The translations under genes and the position numbers were made by a program. From positions 1 to 64,000 of the IMG/VR virus record IMGVR_UViG_3300033977_000098: 64,000 nucleotides of DNA, one strand, 5' to 3'. The stretch is from a virus. This document shows, piece after piece, positions 25,148-35,256 of this stretch (the stretch's first letter is position 1; every line of letters starts with the position of its first letter). Under the pieces are notes generated by a model. It had not been told where the DNA came from. It saw only the letters and a program-made list of their open reading frames with translations, and searched no databases.

Positions 25148-28100
25148 CTAATCCTCCACCCTAAACTTGCGCTGTCCGGCTTTACTCAGCTCATAAACGT
25201 CTTCGACCTTTTGGAGTCGGGATAAGGCGCAGCGGAAGCAACCATCCTTGTACTCAGGATGCGTGGTGCATTCGATGCGACTGTGCCCGTTGCCCCCTTT
25301 CACTTTCTTTGTCTTAGGTTGGCCTCTGGGCGCTGGCCCACCAGCCTCGGGTGGCGCTTCCTCGCCCGGCAGGCCTTTCCCCTTTGCAGTTTGCAGCTCC
25401 AGGGCCCGGGCATGAGCTTGTTCGCCACGCGCTTGCAACTTTGCTTCTTGCTCGTCGGCGTGGTCCTGCATGTTGCCGACTAGCATTTTGCCTGCCGGTC
25501 CTGCCGCCGAACCCACCGCACCTGGTTGGCCAATCACGCCCGCTGTGAGCGGCACGAAACCGTTCTGAGTGAGCACACCCGGCTCATCCGCTTCTTTGAA
25601 AGGCAGCGGGTCGAGTCCCAGGCCATCGCGCACCTCATTGATCGTCTTGACCCCGCTGCTTACGTAAACCTTGTCCACGTTGGCTTGGATTTCGGGATCA
25701 ACTTCCTTGTTTTGTACCCACGCGAACTCGATATCGCTGAACTGCATCTTGCGCTGGATGATGAGATTGATGAGGTCGGCAATCCAGCGCATCTTGGGCG
25801 CCAGCCCTTCCTCCTCCGCCGTCTGTACGTTCGTCTGAGCCGTGGCGCGGTTCATCATGCGCATCAGCGCTTGTGAGGGTACGCCGAAGCAATAGCACAC
25901 GATCTGCCACAACCACTCGAACAGCGGGTCTTTGAGCAAGCGCTCTTTCGGGAAGATGACGTTTGGGCGCGCGTTCTGGCCCGTGCCGTAACCGGGAAGG
26001 AAGGTCAGGCGCCGGCGCTTTGCCAAGTCGCCTGCCAGAATTGAATCAAACCACTCCTGCACTTCACGGATGCGCTGGATGGGAATGTCCTGCGGCAAGA
26101 AGCACATCGCCTCCGGGATGTTGCCCGAGGTGTTGCCGCACCACGCTGCCTTACCGTTGCGTCGAACGTAAAGGAAAGTGTGGGGCACCTCAAAACAAGA
26201 GACTTCGCCGTGATACTCGATTTCCTGGACCGAAGAGATATGGCTCTTCTTACGCTGGCCCCGATACACCGTCCATCCGCCACGCGACCACCCGCTCGGA
26301 CGACCTGGGAAACGATATATACCTGCGGGACGACAGGAGACCGTCGGTGCATAACCAGCCTTCTGCAAAATCTCCGTAAGTTGATCGGCCAATCTCCGGC
26401 TGGAGGTGAAAGCGCTTTGATTCACCCTGCCATCCCCGCTGGCTTGGCCATCACCGGCGGAGTAAAATCTCCAAAAGATTTCCAACTGGCGCGGCGTTGC
26501 TTCCCGGATGTCCTCGGGGATAAATTTTTCGTGAGCATGGCCGAACCTTCGTAAGAATGGACGCATCGTTGCTGCGCAGACTTCCAACTGCTTTTCGCCC
26601 GCCGCTACTGTTCCAAATATCCGCGTAAGCAATTCCAGGTAAAGAGCGCGCGAACCACGCTGATCTTCTGGCTGTGCGATGCCGATTACCCCGTTGGATT
26701 TACAAGAGCCCTCAGCCAAGTACATCCCCATAAAGGCGCAATAGTCATCGCCAGACATGCGAACGGCCCGAGCTTTTCTGTGTCCATAAACAGACCTGCG
26801 CTGCCATCCCGTGCGCAGAGCGTGGTAGGTTTCGTGTGCTGTCTGCATGGAGATGCCACAGGCTTGCCCAATGGCAGCGAAACTCTTTCCTTGGCGGCGC
26901 AGGGATAAAATCAGTTCATCACGGTGCGCCGCTTGGGCCATCGCCATACGATGTTCTGATTCACCGAAAGTCTTCTCGACAATCTCTGTTCCCTCCCACA
27001 CCGAGGTTTGCGGGATGCAAGTTTGACCCGTATAGTGCGCTGCCAAGTCACGCGCCAGCAACTCAATTTCCCGTTTCGGTTGCGGCTTCCCTAATCGAAG
27101 TGAGCGTGGCATTGAATCCACTAACATACGGTGACCGGGCATGACCAGTAGGTCCAATGACCGGGCCCCAAAATGAAGCATTGTGCCCTCGTACCAATCG
27201 CAATGGCGTGCCGTTGCTTTTTGCCATTCGAAGTTTCCGGTGTTGATCTGACGAGTTGCCAGCTCGTCGGCACCATCAATTTCATGATACCTTAACCAAC
27301 CGCGTCGAGTCAGGTACTCCGTATCCTCTGAATAGCAGTACGCATCCAAGGTGAACTTCTGCGCGTTCAGCCCCGTAGCAATCGTAATCATGATTTGCTC
27401 GACCGGGGGAAAGCCGTACCGCTTGTGGTTTCGGCGATTGCGCATCGAGTAAATCAAATCGTCCACCGTCATGTCGAAGGCCGGCAAGCCATAGAGAATT
27501 TCCTGATAGGCCACTTGCGGCGCGGGGGGTGTGGTCCCTTGATCGGTCAACATGCGGGCGATGAGTGCCCCGTCGATGGTACGCAAGCTGGCGATCCGCT
27601 TTTGTTGGTCCTTCTCAAGATAGATTGCGGAGGCATCCAGGACGAGCATGTCCTCGATTAAAGGCCGCAGCCAATCGGACCACGGATGTTCGCCGTCGGG
27701 ATAGGCGAAGAATTTATTGAGCTGGTCAATTCGCGTGTCACTGTCGCTGCGCTTCTGATAATCCCCTTGCTTCTCACTCTTCTTGCGCACCAGGCGGAAT
27801 TCGTACTCTGCCGTGCAGAGCCGGTCTTTGACCGTCTCAATCACGCAGCGCAGCAAGTCCCAGGAGTCCGCAAAGGCGCGCAGAACCGGATAGCCGACGC
27901 CGGCGCCCTCAGCCTCAGTCTTGGGCGTCCAGATGATGTTGGCACCGGGCGGGATCTCGTACTGCCGAATTGCCTGCCCGGCAGGGGCCATGGGCTTGAT
28001 CGGCTGGAGAGCTGACTGGCCGCACCAGGCCGGCTTGCCGTTCCTCCGCGTATAGACAACACCCGCAGGCACGTTCGGGCACCAGACTTTACCCCTATAA

Positions 28101-29392
28101 GGTACAATCTCCTTCGCAGTAATTTCGGCACGTTTTAAACTCTTGTAGGCGCTCACAATAAATATCGAGCTTGCCTTGATGAGACGGAGTGAGCCATTCG
28201 GCTCTCGTATGAAACGGTCCGGGCGTTGCTCTGTGTGAATGACCGCGGTACTGCCCATCTTCTGTGCAACTTCTTGTAGTTGGTCCGCCATGCGATGGGA
28301 CGTTGTAAAGAGCCGTCCAGTCTTGTTGAGTCCGTCCCCTAGCTGGAAAAATTTCCAGAAGATCCGCAACTGATTCGGTGGGGCATTTAAAATTTCGTCT
28401 GGAATCCATTTGTCTCGGGCGTGCCCAAACTGACGGCAGTACTCAGCCAGCACCGAATCATGAATGCGAAACCCATGCTTATCGCTGCTATGGCGGCCAG
28501 GCGCGATGCGCTCGACGAGATGACCAAATTCCTTGCGACCGCGGCCCTTGAACGTCTGCGTGATCGCGACGCATGAGGCATGTCCGTCGCGTTGCCGAAT
28601 AAAGCATGAACCTTCGCTTAGATAAGCCCCCATGAACGCAGCGTAGTCATCGCCGGTCATTCGCACGGGTGCCTTTTCCGCAAAAGGCTTTTTGACTTCC
28701 CCCTTGAGCCAATGTCGGACAGTCGTGCGAGGCAGACAGAGGGCCTGGGAAATGAATCGGCTGCGATGCCCCGCGTCCCGAAAGCGTTTGAATCTTTCAT
28801 ATTCCTGTCTGCGATCCTGCCCGAAAGCGCGCGGAGGAATGGGGATGCAATTCCAGAGCGACGTGAGCGGGATTCTAGCCCGATGCCGACCTGTGGCTGC
28901 CGTATTTGCCGTGAACAGGTCTTTGGCAGGGACAATCTCACCGCAGCGATAATGAATTGGCGTCCCCCGGTCGCAAATCCACCAATCTACGAGCATACGG
29001 TGATCGGCAGTAACCATTAGGTCGAGAGCGCGTGAGGTGAAATGGTACAGTTCACCTTCAAAATCATTGACACTCAACGCACGAACGGTTTGCCATTGGA
29101 AACATTCCTGTGTGTCACGAGTTGCAACCTCGTCTTGACCAGCAATAACTTCGTTCCAACGAAGCCACCCGCGCCGCGACAAGACTTCCGTCTGCTCGTC
29201 ATAACAGAACCAGAACCCCGCCACGACATCCGTGATGCCGTGCGACCCTCCCGGCGGCATGATTTGTGGGATGTTTAATGGCTTAGGAATGGGGAGAATT
29301 TGCGCGCCTTGGGGAAGTTGGTCTTGTTTGATCTTGGCAAGCGCTGTCGAGTCCGACTTTGGTTTACCCAGCAACCAGTTACGGATGGCCAT
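25148..29392 (-). CDS. Portal protein with two inteins
   Basis: LR.FADSWDLLR, DMLVLDA, IDGALI, YGFPPVEQI, ICYCFGVP-like motif (IVCYCFGVP), TINEVR..LGLDP. Confidence 0.9.
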   Translation of the reverse strand: MAIRNWLLGKPKSDSTALAKIKQDQLPQGAQILPIPKPLNIPQIMPPGGSHGITDVVAGFWFCYDEQTEVLSRRGWLRWNEVIAGQDEVATRDTQECFQWQTVRALSVNDFEGELYHFTSRALDLMVTADHRMLVDWWICDRGTPIHYRCGEIVPAKDLFTANTAATGRHRARIPLTSLWNCIPIPPRAFGQDRRQEYERFKRFRDAGHRSRFISQALCLPRTTVRHWLKGEVKKPFAEKAPVRMTGDDYAAFMGAYLSEGSCFIRQRDGHASCVAITQTFKGRGRKEFGHLVERIAPGRHSSDKHGFRIHDSVLAEYCRQFGHARDKWIPDEILNAPPNQLRIFWKFFQLGDGLNKTGRLFTTSHRMADQLQEVAQKMGSTAVIHTEQRPDRFIREPNGSLRLIKASSIFIVSAYKSLKRAEITAKEIVPYRGKVWCPNVPAGVVYTRRNGKPAWCGQSALQPIKPMAPAGQAIRQYEIPPGANIIWTPKTEAEGAGVGYPVLRAFADSWDLLRCVIETVKDRLCTAEYEFRLVRKKSEKQGDYQKRSDSDTRIDQLNKFFAYPDGEHPWSDWLRPLIEDMLVLDASAIYLEKDQQKRIASLRTIDGALIARMLTDQGTTPPAPQVAYQEILYGLPAFDMTVDDLIYSMRNRRNHKRYGFPPVEQIMITIATGLNAQKFTLDAYCYSEDTEYLTRRGWLRYHEIDGADELATRQINTGNFEWQKATARHCDWYEGTMLHFGARSLDLLVMPGHRMLVDSMPRSLRLGKPQPKREIELLARDLAAHYTGQTCIPQTSVWEGTEIVEKTFGESEHRMAMAQAAHRDELILSLRRQGKSFAAIGQACGISMQTAHETYHALRTGWQRRSVYGHRKARAVRMSGDDYCAFMGMYLAEGSCKSNGVIGIAQPEDQRGSRALYLELLTRIFGTVAAGEKQLEVCAATMRPFLRRFGHAHEKFIPEDIREATPRQLEIFWRFYSAGDGQASGDGRVNQSAFTSSRRLADQLTEILQKAGYAPTVSCRPAGIYRFPGRPSGWSRGGWTVYRGQRKKSHISSVQEIEYHGEVSCFEVPHTFLYVRRNGKAAWCGNTSGNIPEAMCFLPQDIPIQRIREVQEWFDSILAGDLAKRRRLTFLPGYGTGQNARPNVIFPKERLLKDPLFEWLWQIVCYCFGVPSQALMRMMNRATAQTNVQTAEEEGLAPKMRWIADLINLIIQRKMQFSDIEFAWVQNKEVDPEIQANVDKVYVSSGVKTINEVRDGLGLDPLPFKEADEPGVLTQNGFVPLTAGVIGQPGAVGSAAGPAGKMLVGNMQDHADEQEAKLQARGEQAHARALELQTAKGKGLPGEEAPPEAGGPAPRGQPKTKKVKGGNGHSRIECTTHPEYKDGCFRCALSRLQKVEDVYELSKAGQRKFRVED
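26132..27337 (-). mobile_element. Portal intein 2 (402 aa, LAGLIDADG, C...GN/T)
   Basis: CYSEDTE, PGHRM, FMGMYLAEG, YSAGDG, YVRRNGK..WCGN. Confidence 0.9.
28016..29206 (-). mobile_element. Portal intein 1 (397 aa, LAGLIDADG, ends in Gln)
   Basis: CYDEQTE, TADHRM, FMGAYLSEG, FQLGDG, YTRRNGKPAWCGQ/S. Confidence 0.9.
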
Positions 29393-29718
29393 TAGCGCTC
29401 CTTCTCCGCGTGCTCTTTGACAACCTCGGCAGGGGGCGCGGGAAGCGGTACCGACCACAGTTCACTTGGAACCAGCGGCGGCTTAAACCAGTATGCCTGA
29501 CATGCCTTGCACCAACAAACGATTGCTCCTGGTTTGCGCTGAGTCTCGGCAGGCCATTCGAGCTGGGGCTCCCACTGAATGCGATTGCCGTCGCGGTTGC
29601 CGCAGGCCGGGCATTTCTGATTCGGCTCGATGCGCGCCACTTTGTCGTGCGCGCCGCCTGGACGCGCCAGCCAAGTCACGTACCAGCGCGCGAGAGCGGC
29701 CTTGAGGCGGGCGAGCAT
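29392..29718 (-). CDS. Zn-ribbon hypothetical protein
   Basis: CPACG..CKAC; TAATG coupling to the portal gene. Confidence 0.65.
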   Translation of the reverse strand: MLARLKAALARWYVTWLARPGGAHDKVARIEPNQKCPACGNRDGNRIQWEPQLEWPAETQRKPGAIVCWCKACQAYWFKPPLVPSELWSVPLPAPPAEVVKEHAEKER

Positions 29719-29894
29719 GGTTAGGCTATAGCATGAAGAGTTAGAAAATGAAAGCCTTTAATCGTACAACACGTGGCAAACGCCGCAGATTCTCATGCTG
29801 GGATTTGCTCGCTTATGGTCACAGAGAGGCCAGTGGCGTCGGCTGAATCGTCGGAACTCAAGCGTTCTCTTCTTGGACACTCTGAGACACATGA

Positions 29895-30233
29895 TTACGG
29901 CTCCGGTTCTGACTTTCCAGAAGTTGACGGTGGCGTGACTTTAGGATTCTTAATTTCCAGCATAAAAGAGAATCCGGCTGGGAAGTTTTTCAGTGTGCCG
30001 CGCAACTGGTTAAGAGCATCAACGAACTTCGCAATCGTAATCTCACAGCTTGACTCGTTGACCGTTGCCCAATTCCTCCCGCATACCGGGCAGTCATTCA
30101 GCTTTCCGCGTTCCTCGGGTCTGAGCATGTCGCGGGATGACGGTATGGATAACTCGCTCACGCAATGCTTGCACGTCAGCTTGAGCGAAAGCACATCCGA
30201 AAGCTCTATGAATTTCTTTATTTCTTCCGTCAT
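29895..30233 (-). CDS. Zn-ribbon hypothetical protein
   Basis: CKHC..CPVC. Confidence 0.6.
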   Translation of the reverse strand: MTEEIKKFIELSDVLSLKLTCKHCVSELSIPSSRDMLRPEERGKLNDCPVCGRNWATVNESSCEITIAKFVDALNQLRGTLKNFPAGFSFMLEIKNPKVTPPSTSGKSEPEP

Positions 30234-30235
30234 TC

Positions 30236-30643
30236 TTATTTCACCGGATGTGCTTTGTCGTAGGCCGCATCCGCCCTTCGCTTTGCTGCTTCCTGCTGAG
30301 CCTGGGCCTTGTGCATAGCAGCGATAATAGCCTGACATTCCGCCCACTCGCGGCGAGACATACTGCTATTAGCAGGTCGGGTGCCCCCTCCCGTGGGAAA
30401 GCCCTGCATATAGCATAGTTCCAGATGGTGAGCAGAGACAGGCCCAACAGTTGTCTCAGCGTACTGGACCTGAAGCCGCTGCATTTCTTGTTCGTGCTCC
30501 TGGTGGATTTGCTCAAGCTCAAGTTGACCTCTCGCCCGGCGGAGTTCATTCTCCTCGCTCTGGTCATAGATGTAGATGGCCCCGGCGATCACAACGATCA
30601 AGCCAAGAATAATCCCAAGCCCCACCTTCGCTGCTTTTGTCAT
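30236..30643 (-). CDS. Single-TM membrane protein
   Basis: N-terminal hydrophobic helix followed by coiled coil. Confidence 0.6.
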   Translation of the reverse strand: MTKAAKVGLGIILGLIVVIAGAIYIYDQSEENELRRARGQLELEQIHQEHEQEMQRLQVQYAETTVGPVSAHHLELCYMQGFPTGGGTRPANSSMSRREWAECQAIIAAMHKAQAQQEAAKRRADAAYDKAHPVK

Positions 30644-30703
30644 GGCTGCCTCCGCGGGCGACGATTTGCTGCGCATAATACCGCCATGTTGATGCAGAAG
30701 CAA

Positions 30704-31840
30704 CTACGCCGATGGTTCGGCAAGATTTATCCATCCCGGCTTTTCCACCCTTTGGATTTTAGAGACCTTGCCGACCACCTGATTTTCAGCGCCGCAATCC
30801 ACACATTTTAGTGTCGCTGGTTCTGTATCCTTGCCGGGATTGGCCAGCATGTACTCGTAGAGGCCGGTACAGTTGCGGCATCTAAATATAATCGGCTTCC
30901 CCAAGGCCCACATTCTTGCGTCCTCAAATCGAGCTTTAACTCCTCTTTCACGCTCGGGGTCATGCAGGTACCTTCCGGTTCCATCGGCGAAAATCGTAGT
31001 TATCCCAGGTGGGCGACGCGGATAGGGGTCATCCGTGCTTATGATTTCCTCCCACGTTAGTCTTTCCATTGTTCTGTCGATGTGCTGCATGTGCAAGGCT
31101 TGCGCGGCTTCAGAGAAGCCGCCTAGCAACTCTTTCAATTTGGATGAATGAATACTTGTGTCAGCGCAGGCCAAAAATAATCTTCCTAACAGCGCATCGT
31201 ATTCCTTGAGTCGGTCCTGCATTAGGCCGATGTATTTCTGGGGCTCCATCCAGATTCCGTTGCCGCGAATTATTGCGATGTCAAATGGACTACGAACGTA
31301 GTTTGAGGTTTTCTCTGCCAAGGTCAGCAAATAGATTCCGGCAAGTACGGCTTGCGGAATTTTCATGTCGGAAGAAATAAACCGCTTTATGGTCTCCCGA
31401 TAGAGCTGTTCTCCGTGGCCGGTCAATTCGTGGTCGCCGAAAGGGCACAGCGTAGCGTTCTGCGTGATCCAACCATTGTATTCCCCTGTTCGTAAGCAAC
31501 ACACACCAACGATAAACTGTACCCCTTCAGAACTTGGGCTCTGTAGTGAGGGATCGCTGTCATAATGTGCGCTCAATTCATGCTCGAAAATTCGCACAAA
31601 GTCAGTCAGTGATTCAGCAGCGTTAGCATTCAGTGCCCGGCGCAATTTCTCTATGAAGGAAAGAATGGACGGTGTAACACCAGAGCCCGCTATAATGACT
31701 TTGTAGTTGCCCATCTGCTCCGGCTCGATTTTCTGGACCGTTTTCCGGTACTCGACCGCGTCATCACCTACGATGGTCTCCTGAGAATCAGCGTGGATTA
31801 CAATGCAGTCGGAAAGACGCCAAGCAGCTATGAGGGTCAC
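30704..31840 (-). CDS. Proteasome-beta-like Ntn hydrolase with a C-terminal Zn ribbon
   Basis: GGAGG-GTG start, (M)TLIAA....IHADSQET..K..IAGSG; CRNC..CVDC. Confidence 0.7.
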   Translation of the reverse strand: MTLIAAWRLSDCIVIHADSQETIVGDDAVEYRKTVQKIEPEQMGNYKVIIAGSGVTPSILSFIEKLRRALNANAAESLTDFVRIFEHELSAHYDSDPSLQSPSSEGVQFIVGVCCLRTGEYNGWITQNATLCPFGDHELTGHGEQLYRETIKRFISSDMKIPQAVLAGIYLLTLAEKTSNYVRSPFDIAIIRGNGIWMEPQKYIGLMQDRLKEYDALLGRLFLACADTSIHSSKLKELLGGFSEAAQALHMQHIDRTMERLTWEEIISTDDPYPRRPPGITTIFADGTGRYLHDPERERGVKARFEDARMWALGKPIIFRCRNCTGLYEYMLANPGKDTEPATLKCVDCGAENQVVGKVSKIQRVEKPGWINLAEPSA

Positions 31841-32300
31841 GGTTCGCCTCCTGCTCCGCTTCCGTGGACCATTTGAAAGCGGCCTTGGAGCCGATGTATA
31901 TAGACTTCTTGAGCTTTTGTGAAGTGAATAATCGCGCATCTGAGCAACACGGTCTCGCCAACGCACTAAACGATTCTGACGCACCCGTTCACGAATTTCC
32001 TCGGCTGTATAACGGCGACAGCCGAGCGGCGCGTAAAGGACCTGCATTGATGGACTCATCCAGCGCCTCGTCAGCCTAGAACTTGAAGGCTGTGTCGGCA
32101 TCACAGCCGAGGGCTTCTCGCTACCAGAGTCGTGTGGCCTTGCGGCCGAGAGTGTCTCGTTTCATGCCGGTCTTGCGGCTTAGGCTGGAATCCAGGCAAG
32201 GGTGCCTGGCAAGTTCCTAAGTCCCAAACAATCCCCGAGAACCACGACACCCGCTCTTCGCGGCGCACAGCCATAAACTCATTATTCTACAGCATATGGC

Positions 32301-32465
32301 TCATCTGTCCATCATCTCCGCAAGCAATCGAATCCGATTGGCAAGAACCAAGATTGCCGCTTGGTTGTTGAGTTCGGGAGTCGCGGTAAGCAGCCCCCAC
32401 GACTCCTTAAGCATCGTCTGGACATGGAGAAAGTCCTCGACTTCCTGCTCGACTTCCTGCTTCAT
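32301..32465 (-). CDS. Small hypothetical protein
   Basis: ATGA overlap with the terminase stop. Confidence 0.5.
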   Translation of the reverse strand: MKQEVEQEVEDFLHVQTMLKESWGLLTATPELNNQAAILVLANRIRLLAEMMDR

Positions 32466-35245
32466 CGTGTTCCCTTCCAATTGCATCTGTTGCAGATGAC
32501 TACTTCACCGTACACGCCCACTTGAGCATTCCCGCAGTTCGCGCATACCGGCTTGCTGCGCACCTGCGGCCGGCGAAGAGCTAATGCCTCTTGCGCCATT
32601 TGTACAATCGTGGCTTCCTTGACCGGCCATTTCTCGGCGCCGAACAATCCCCGACGCGATAGCTCTTCTTTCTGCGCCTCACCGAGAACGGGAGGTACTG
32701 TAACACTTTCCAATGCCTTTGTCTCGCTAATTGTTAAGCCTTGCTGGGCGGGTCGGTCTAATACCCTGGGCTGCGCAGCCTCAGCCGCCTGCCGCCCCGC
32801 CACTTGCTGTTGCCAATAAAGCATGAGTGGATGCAGCGCACTCCCGCTTTCAGCGGCATGCGCGAGACACATGGCCCACCAGTGGTCCGAATTTCCTGAC
32901 CAGCAGGGTTTCCCGTTGCGGCGCACATACAGCAGGCCCGATGGGACTGTGCAGCAATGTACGGGGCCAGAGTATGGCACCACGAAATGTTCTAGCTTAC
33001 GCTTGTTGGTTTGCGGCGTGAGGCGAGTCCTGTTGATATTCACGCGCCACAGGGTTTCAATGTTCTTCGCCTTTGGATTCGGCTTCGATGGTACGACCGT
33101 ACCCGCCATCCCGATGCGCAGAAGCAACGCTTGAAAGTCGTCTGCCAAGCGGCGACTCGAACTGTAGTAGCACCAATTTTCCTCTCCTCGGTGTCCGTCT
33201 CCGTGCATCATGCCATCAAATAGTTCCCTCAAGAGATCACTGCTTAAACTCAGGACCTCCGGCGGGACGTATTTCTCCGGCGCTTTACCGAGCGGACGGA
33301 GTGACTGCCAAAGCCCTTTGCTTTTCGTGCGGACGGAATCGGCCTGCTGGCCGCCCCGTTCGACATGAAAACGCCATGGCAATTGCCGCACACAGTCCAT
33401 GATGAAGCTGTCGCCCTCGATCTCTTTCTGCGTGATACCGACGCGATTTGCAGTGGACGTAAATCCTTCGGACAAAAATAACCCAAGGAAGCGCATCCAT
33501 GCTTTCGCTGGTATGTGGTGTCCGTCCACCGATACGGACTCGATCCCTGCTCCTCTCCAGACAGCGCCTTTCTTGTACTCTATGCGGGCCTTGCTTCCAA
33601 TCAGCGTTCCTGCCGGGAGCTTTCTGAAGCCTCCAGAAAGGCCAGGGACGCGAGCATACATCGCGTGATTTGGCGTCACAAGGAGATCAACCTGCTGATT
33701 AAGGACGCCCACCATCTCGCCGTTGTACTCATAATGCTGCACAGCCGAGCAGGGCTCAAAAACCAGTTCCTCTCCCCGCAATGAGGCCACCATGTCGCCA
33801 ACGCTCAGGTGGTCGAACCTTCTCCAGCCAGATAGCGTGAGCAGCTCTGTCTGGTCGTCGTAGCAGTGCCCCCATTTTTCGTCGTGTTCCGAGTCGAAGC
33901 GTGCTTGCCCCGTCGCGGTGGTCACTTTCTTGACCATGCGGAAGGAATTGCGGACAGCCGGCAGATCCGGAATGCGCACCTTGCGCTCCTCCATGCGCCG
34001 CTTCGATTCCACGGCCATGGCCTCTTTGTGTTGGAGCGTGAACGTAACCCCTTCGATTTGGCCGCTGCCGAATTCCTTGAGCAACGTCTCGTACATCGTC
34101 AAGCCCATGGAGCCCGTGTCGATGCACATCCGTTGCACGACCGGGGGTTCAAGCTTGCCGTCATCGCCCGGCTGCTGTCGCAGGAATTGCCGCGCTTCCT
34201 CAATCTGGTCAGGTGTGGGGCGCTTGGACATCTCAAAGATGCCGCGGCATACCGCGATGTCGCCCACCAGCTCATTGAACCAAACGACGGACAAATCCTT
34301 GTGGCGCGCGACGTCCCAGCCTGCATAAAGGTTCCGCAAGTGCATCGGCGGGTTGTTGCCTAATCGGCCGATGTCTTGAGTCACTAAAGTGTCGATGTTG
34401 GGCGCATCCATGAGCTCCGGAGGGATCCACTGCTGCGCTGTAGACTGGAAGTGGCAATTGTACTCCTGAAGCCAGGTATCGTCATCGCAGCCCGCGCGCA
34501 GTTCCTTGGGGTCCACCGGGAAGCCGTCTTGCACCGCGTGGAAGATGTCGATGTAATGCAGGGACCAGCCGTCTTTGACATAATAATCGCCACGTGCTCG
34601 GGCCTCCTTCAGTGCTTTGGGCTCGACGCCATCCGCCACGCCCAACTTCTGCGCCATCTCGTAGAACTTACCTTGCTGGCCGTTGGGCGTCGAGATGATG
34701 CGCATTCGAAAGCCCAGCGTGATCTGGCGGTACGCGGCCTTGAAGATGTCCGCACTCTGGGGGTGGAACGCGAACTCGTCCAGCACTACATCGCCAGTGT
34801 ACCCACGGGCTGTTTCCGGATTGGAGGACAACGCGATAATGCGCGAGCCGTTCGGGAACTTGATGGTGTGTTCGAGGATGAGGGTGTTCTGGAAAAAGCC
34901 TTCACTTAAATGGGCTTCTACGCCCTTGAGCTTGTCCACGAGGAGTTTGGCTTTGCGCGCGAGTTCCTTCGCCTGCGGTTCCGAGCGTGAAAGGATGATG
35001 ACGAGATGATTCTCCCGTGCAATGCACTCGCCCACCGCCCACGCGGCGCTGGCGGTCGATACGCCGATTTGCGCGCCTTTGACGCAGAAAATCAATCGGT
35101 TGGGGTCACGAATGTAGCTAGTCTGGAAGGGACGCCAAGGTGTGACAGGCTCAATCCGCGCCTGCTTGTCTTGCATGATGCTTACCTGTTTTTGTTTCGG
35201 GTAGGGCCTGCCGCGAGGTTTCGCTGGAGCTTCGGTGGGCATCAC
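32462..35245 (-). CDS. terL: Terminase large subunit with an intein
   Basis: KGAQIGVS Walker A variant, ARGYTGDVVLDEFAF, ISTPNG, AGWDVARHKD, CIDTG, H/SDHWWA. Confidence 0.93.
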   Translation of the reverse strand: MMPTEAPAKPRGRPYPKQKQVSIMQDKQARIEPVTPWRPFQTSYIRDPNRLIFCVKGAQIGVSTASAAWAVGECIARENHLVIILSRSEPQAKELARKAKLLVDKLKGVEAHLSEGFFQNTLILEHTIKFPNGSRIIALSSNPETARGYTGDVVLDEFAFHPQSADIFKAAYRQITLGFRMRIISTPNGQQGKFYEMAQKLGVADGVEPKALKEARARGDYYVKDGWSLHYIDIFHAVQDGFPVDPKELRAGCDDDTWLQEYNCHFQSTAQQWIPPELMDAPNIDTLVTQDIGRLGNNPPMHLRNLYAGWDVARHKDLSVVWFNELVGDIAVCRGIFEMSKRPTPDQIEEARQFLRQQPGDDGKLEPPVVQRMCIDTGSMGLTMYETLLKEFGSGQIEGVTFTLQHKEAMAVESKRRMEERKVRIPDLPAVRNSFRMVKKVTTATGQARFDSEHDEKWGHCYDDQTELLTLSGWRRFDHLSVGDMVASLRGEELVFEPCSAVQHYEYNGEMVGVLNQQVDLLVTPNHAMYARVPGLSGGFRKLPAGTLIGSKARIEYKKGAVWRGAGIESVSVDGHHIPAKAWMRFLGLFLSEGFTSTANRVGITQKEIEGDSFIMDCVRQLPWRFHVERGGQQADSVRTKSKGLWQSLRPLGKAPEKYVPPEVLSLSSDLLRELFDGMMHGDGHRGEENWCYYSSSRRLADDFQALLLRIGMAGTVVPSKPNPKAKNIETLWRVNINRTRLTPQTNKRKLEHFVVPYSGPVHCCTVPSGLLYVRRNGKPCWSGNSDHWWAMCLAHAAESGSALHPLMLYWQQQVAGRQAAEAAQPRVLDRPAQQGLTISETKALESVTVPPVLGEAQKEELSRRGLFGAEKWPVKEATIVQMAQEALALRRPQVRSKPVCANCGNAQVGVYGEVVICNRCNWKGTR
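32891..33865 (-). mobile_element. TerL intein (325 aa, LAGLIDADG)
   Basis: CYDDQTE, VTPNH, LGLFLSEG, MMHGDG, YVRRNGKPCWSGN/S. Confidence 0.92.
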
Positions 35246-35256
35246 AGCCTCGCATC

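Larger units (their letters stand above)
29724..32294. mobile_element. Transposase-less cargo cassette between the terminase and portal genes
   Basis: Imperfect TIRs GGCTATAGCATGAAGAGTT / TGCTGTAGAATAATGAGTT, each flanked by TA; removal brings the flanking genes within ~10 nt; lower GC. Confidence 0.5.
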
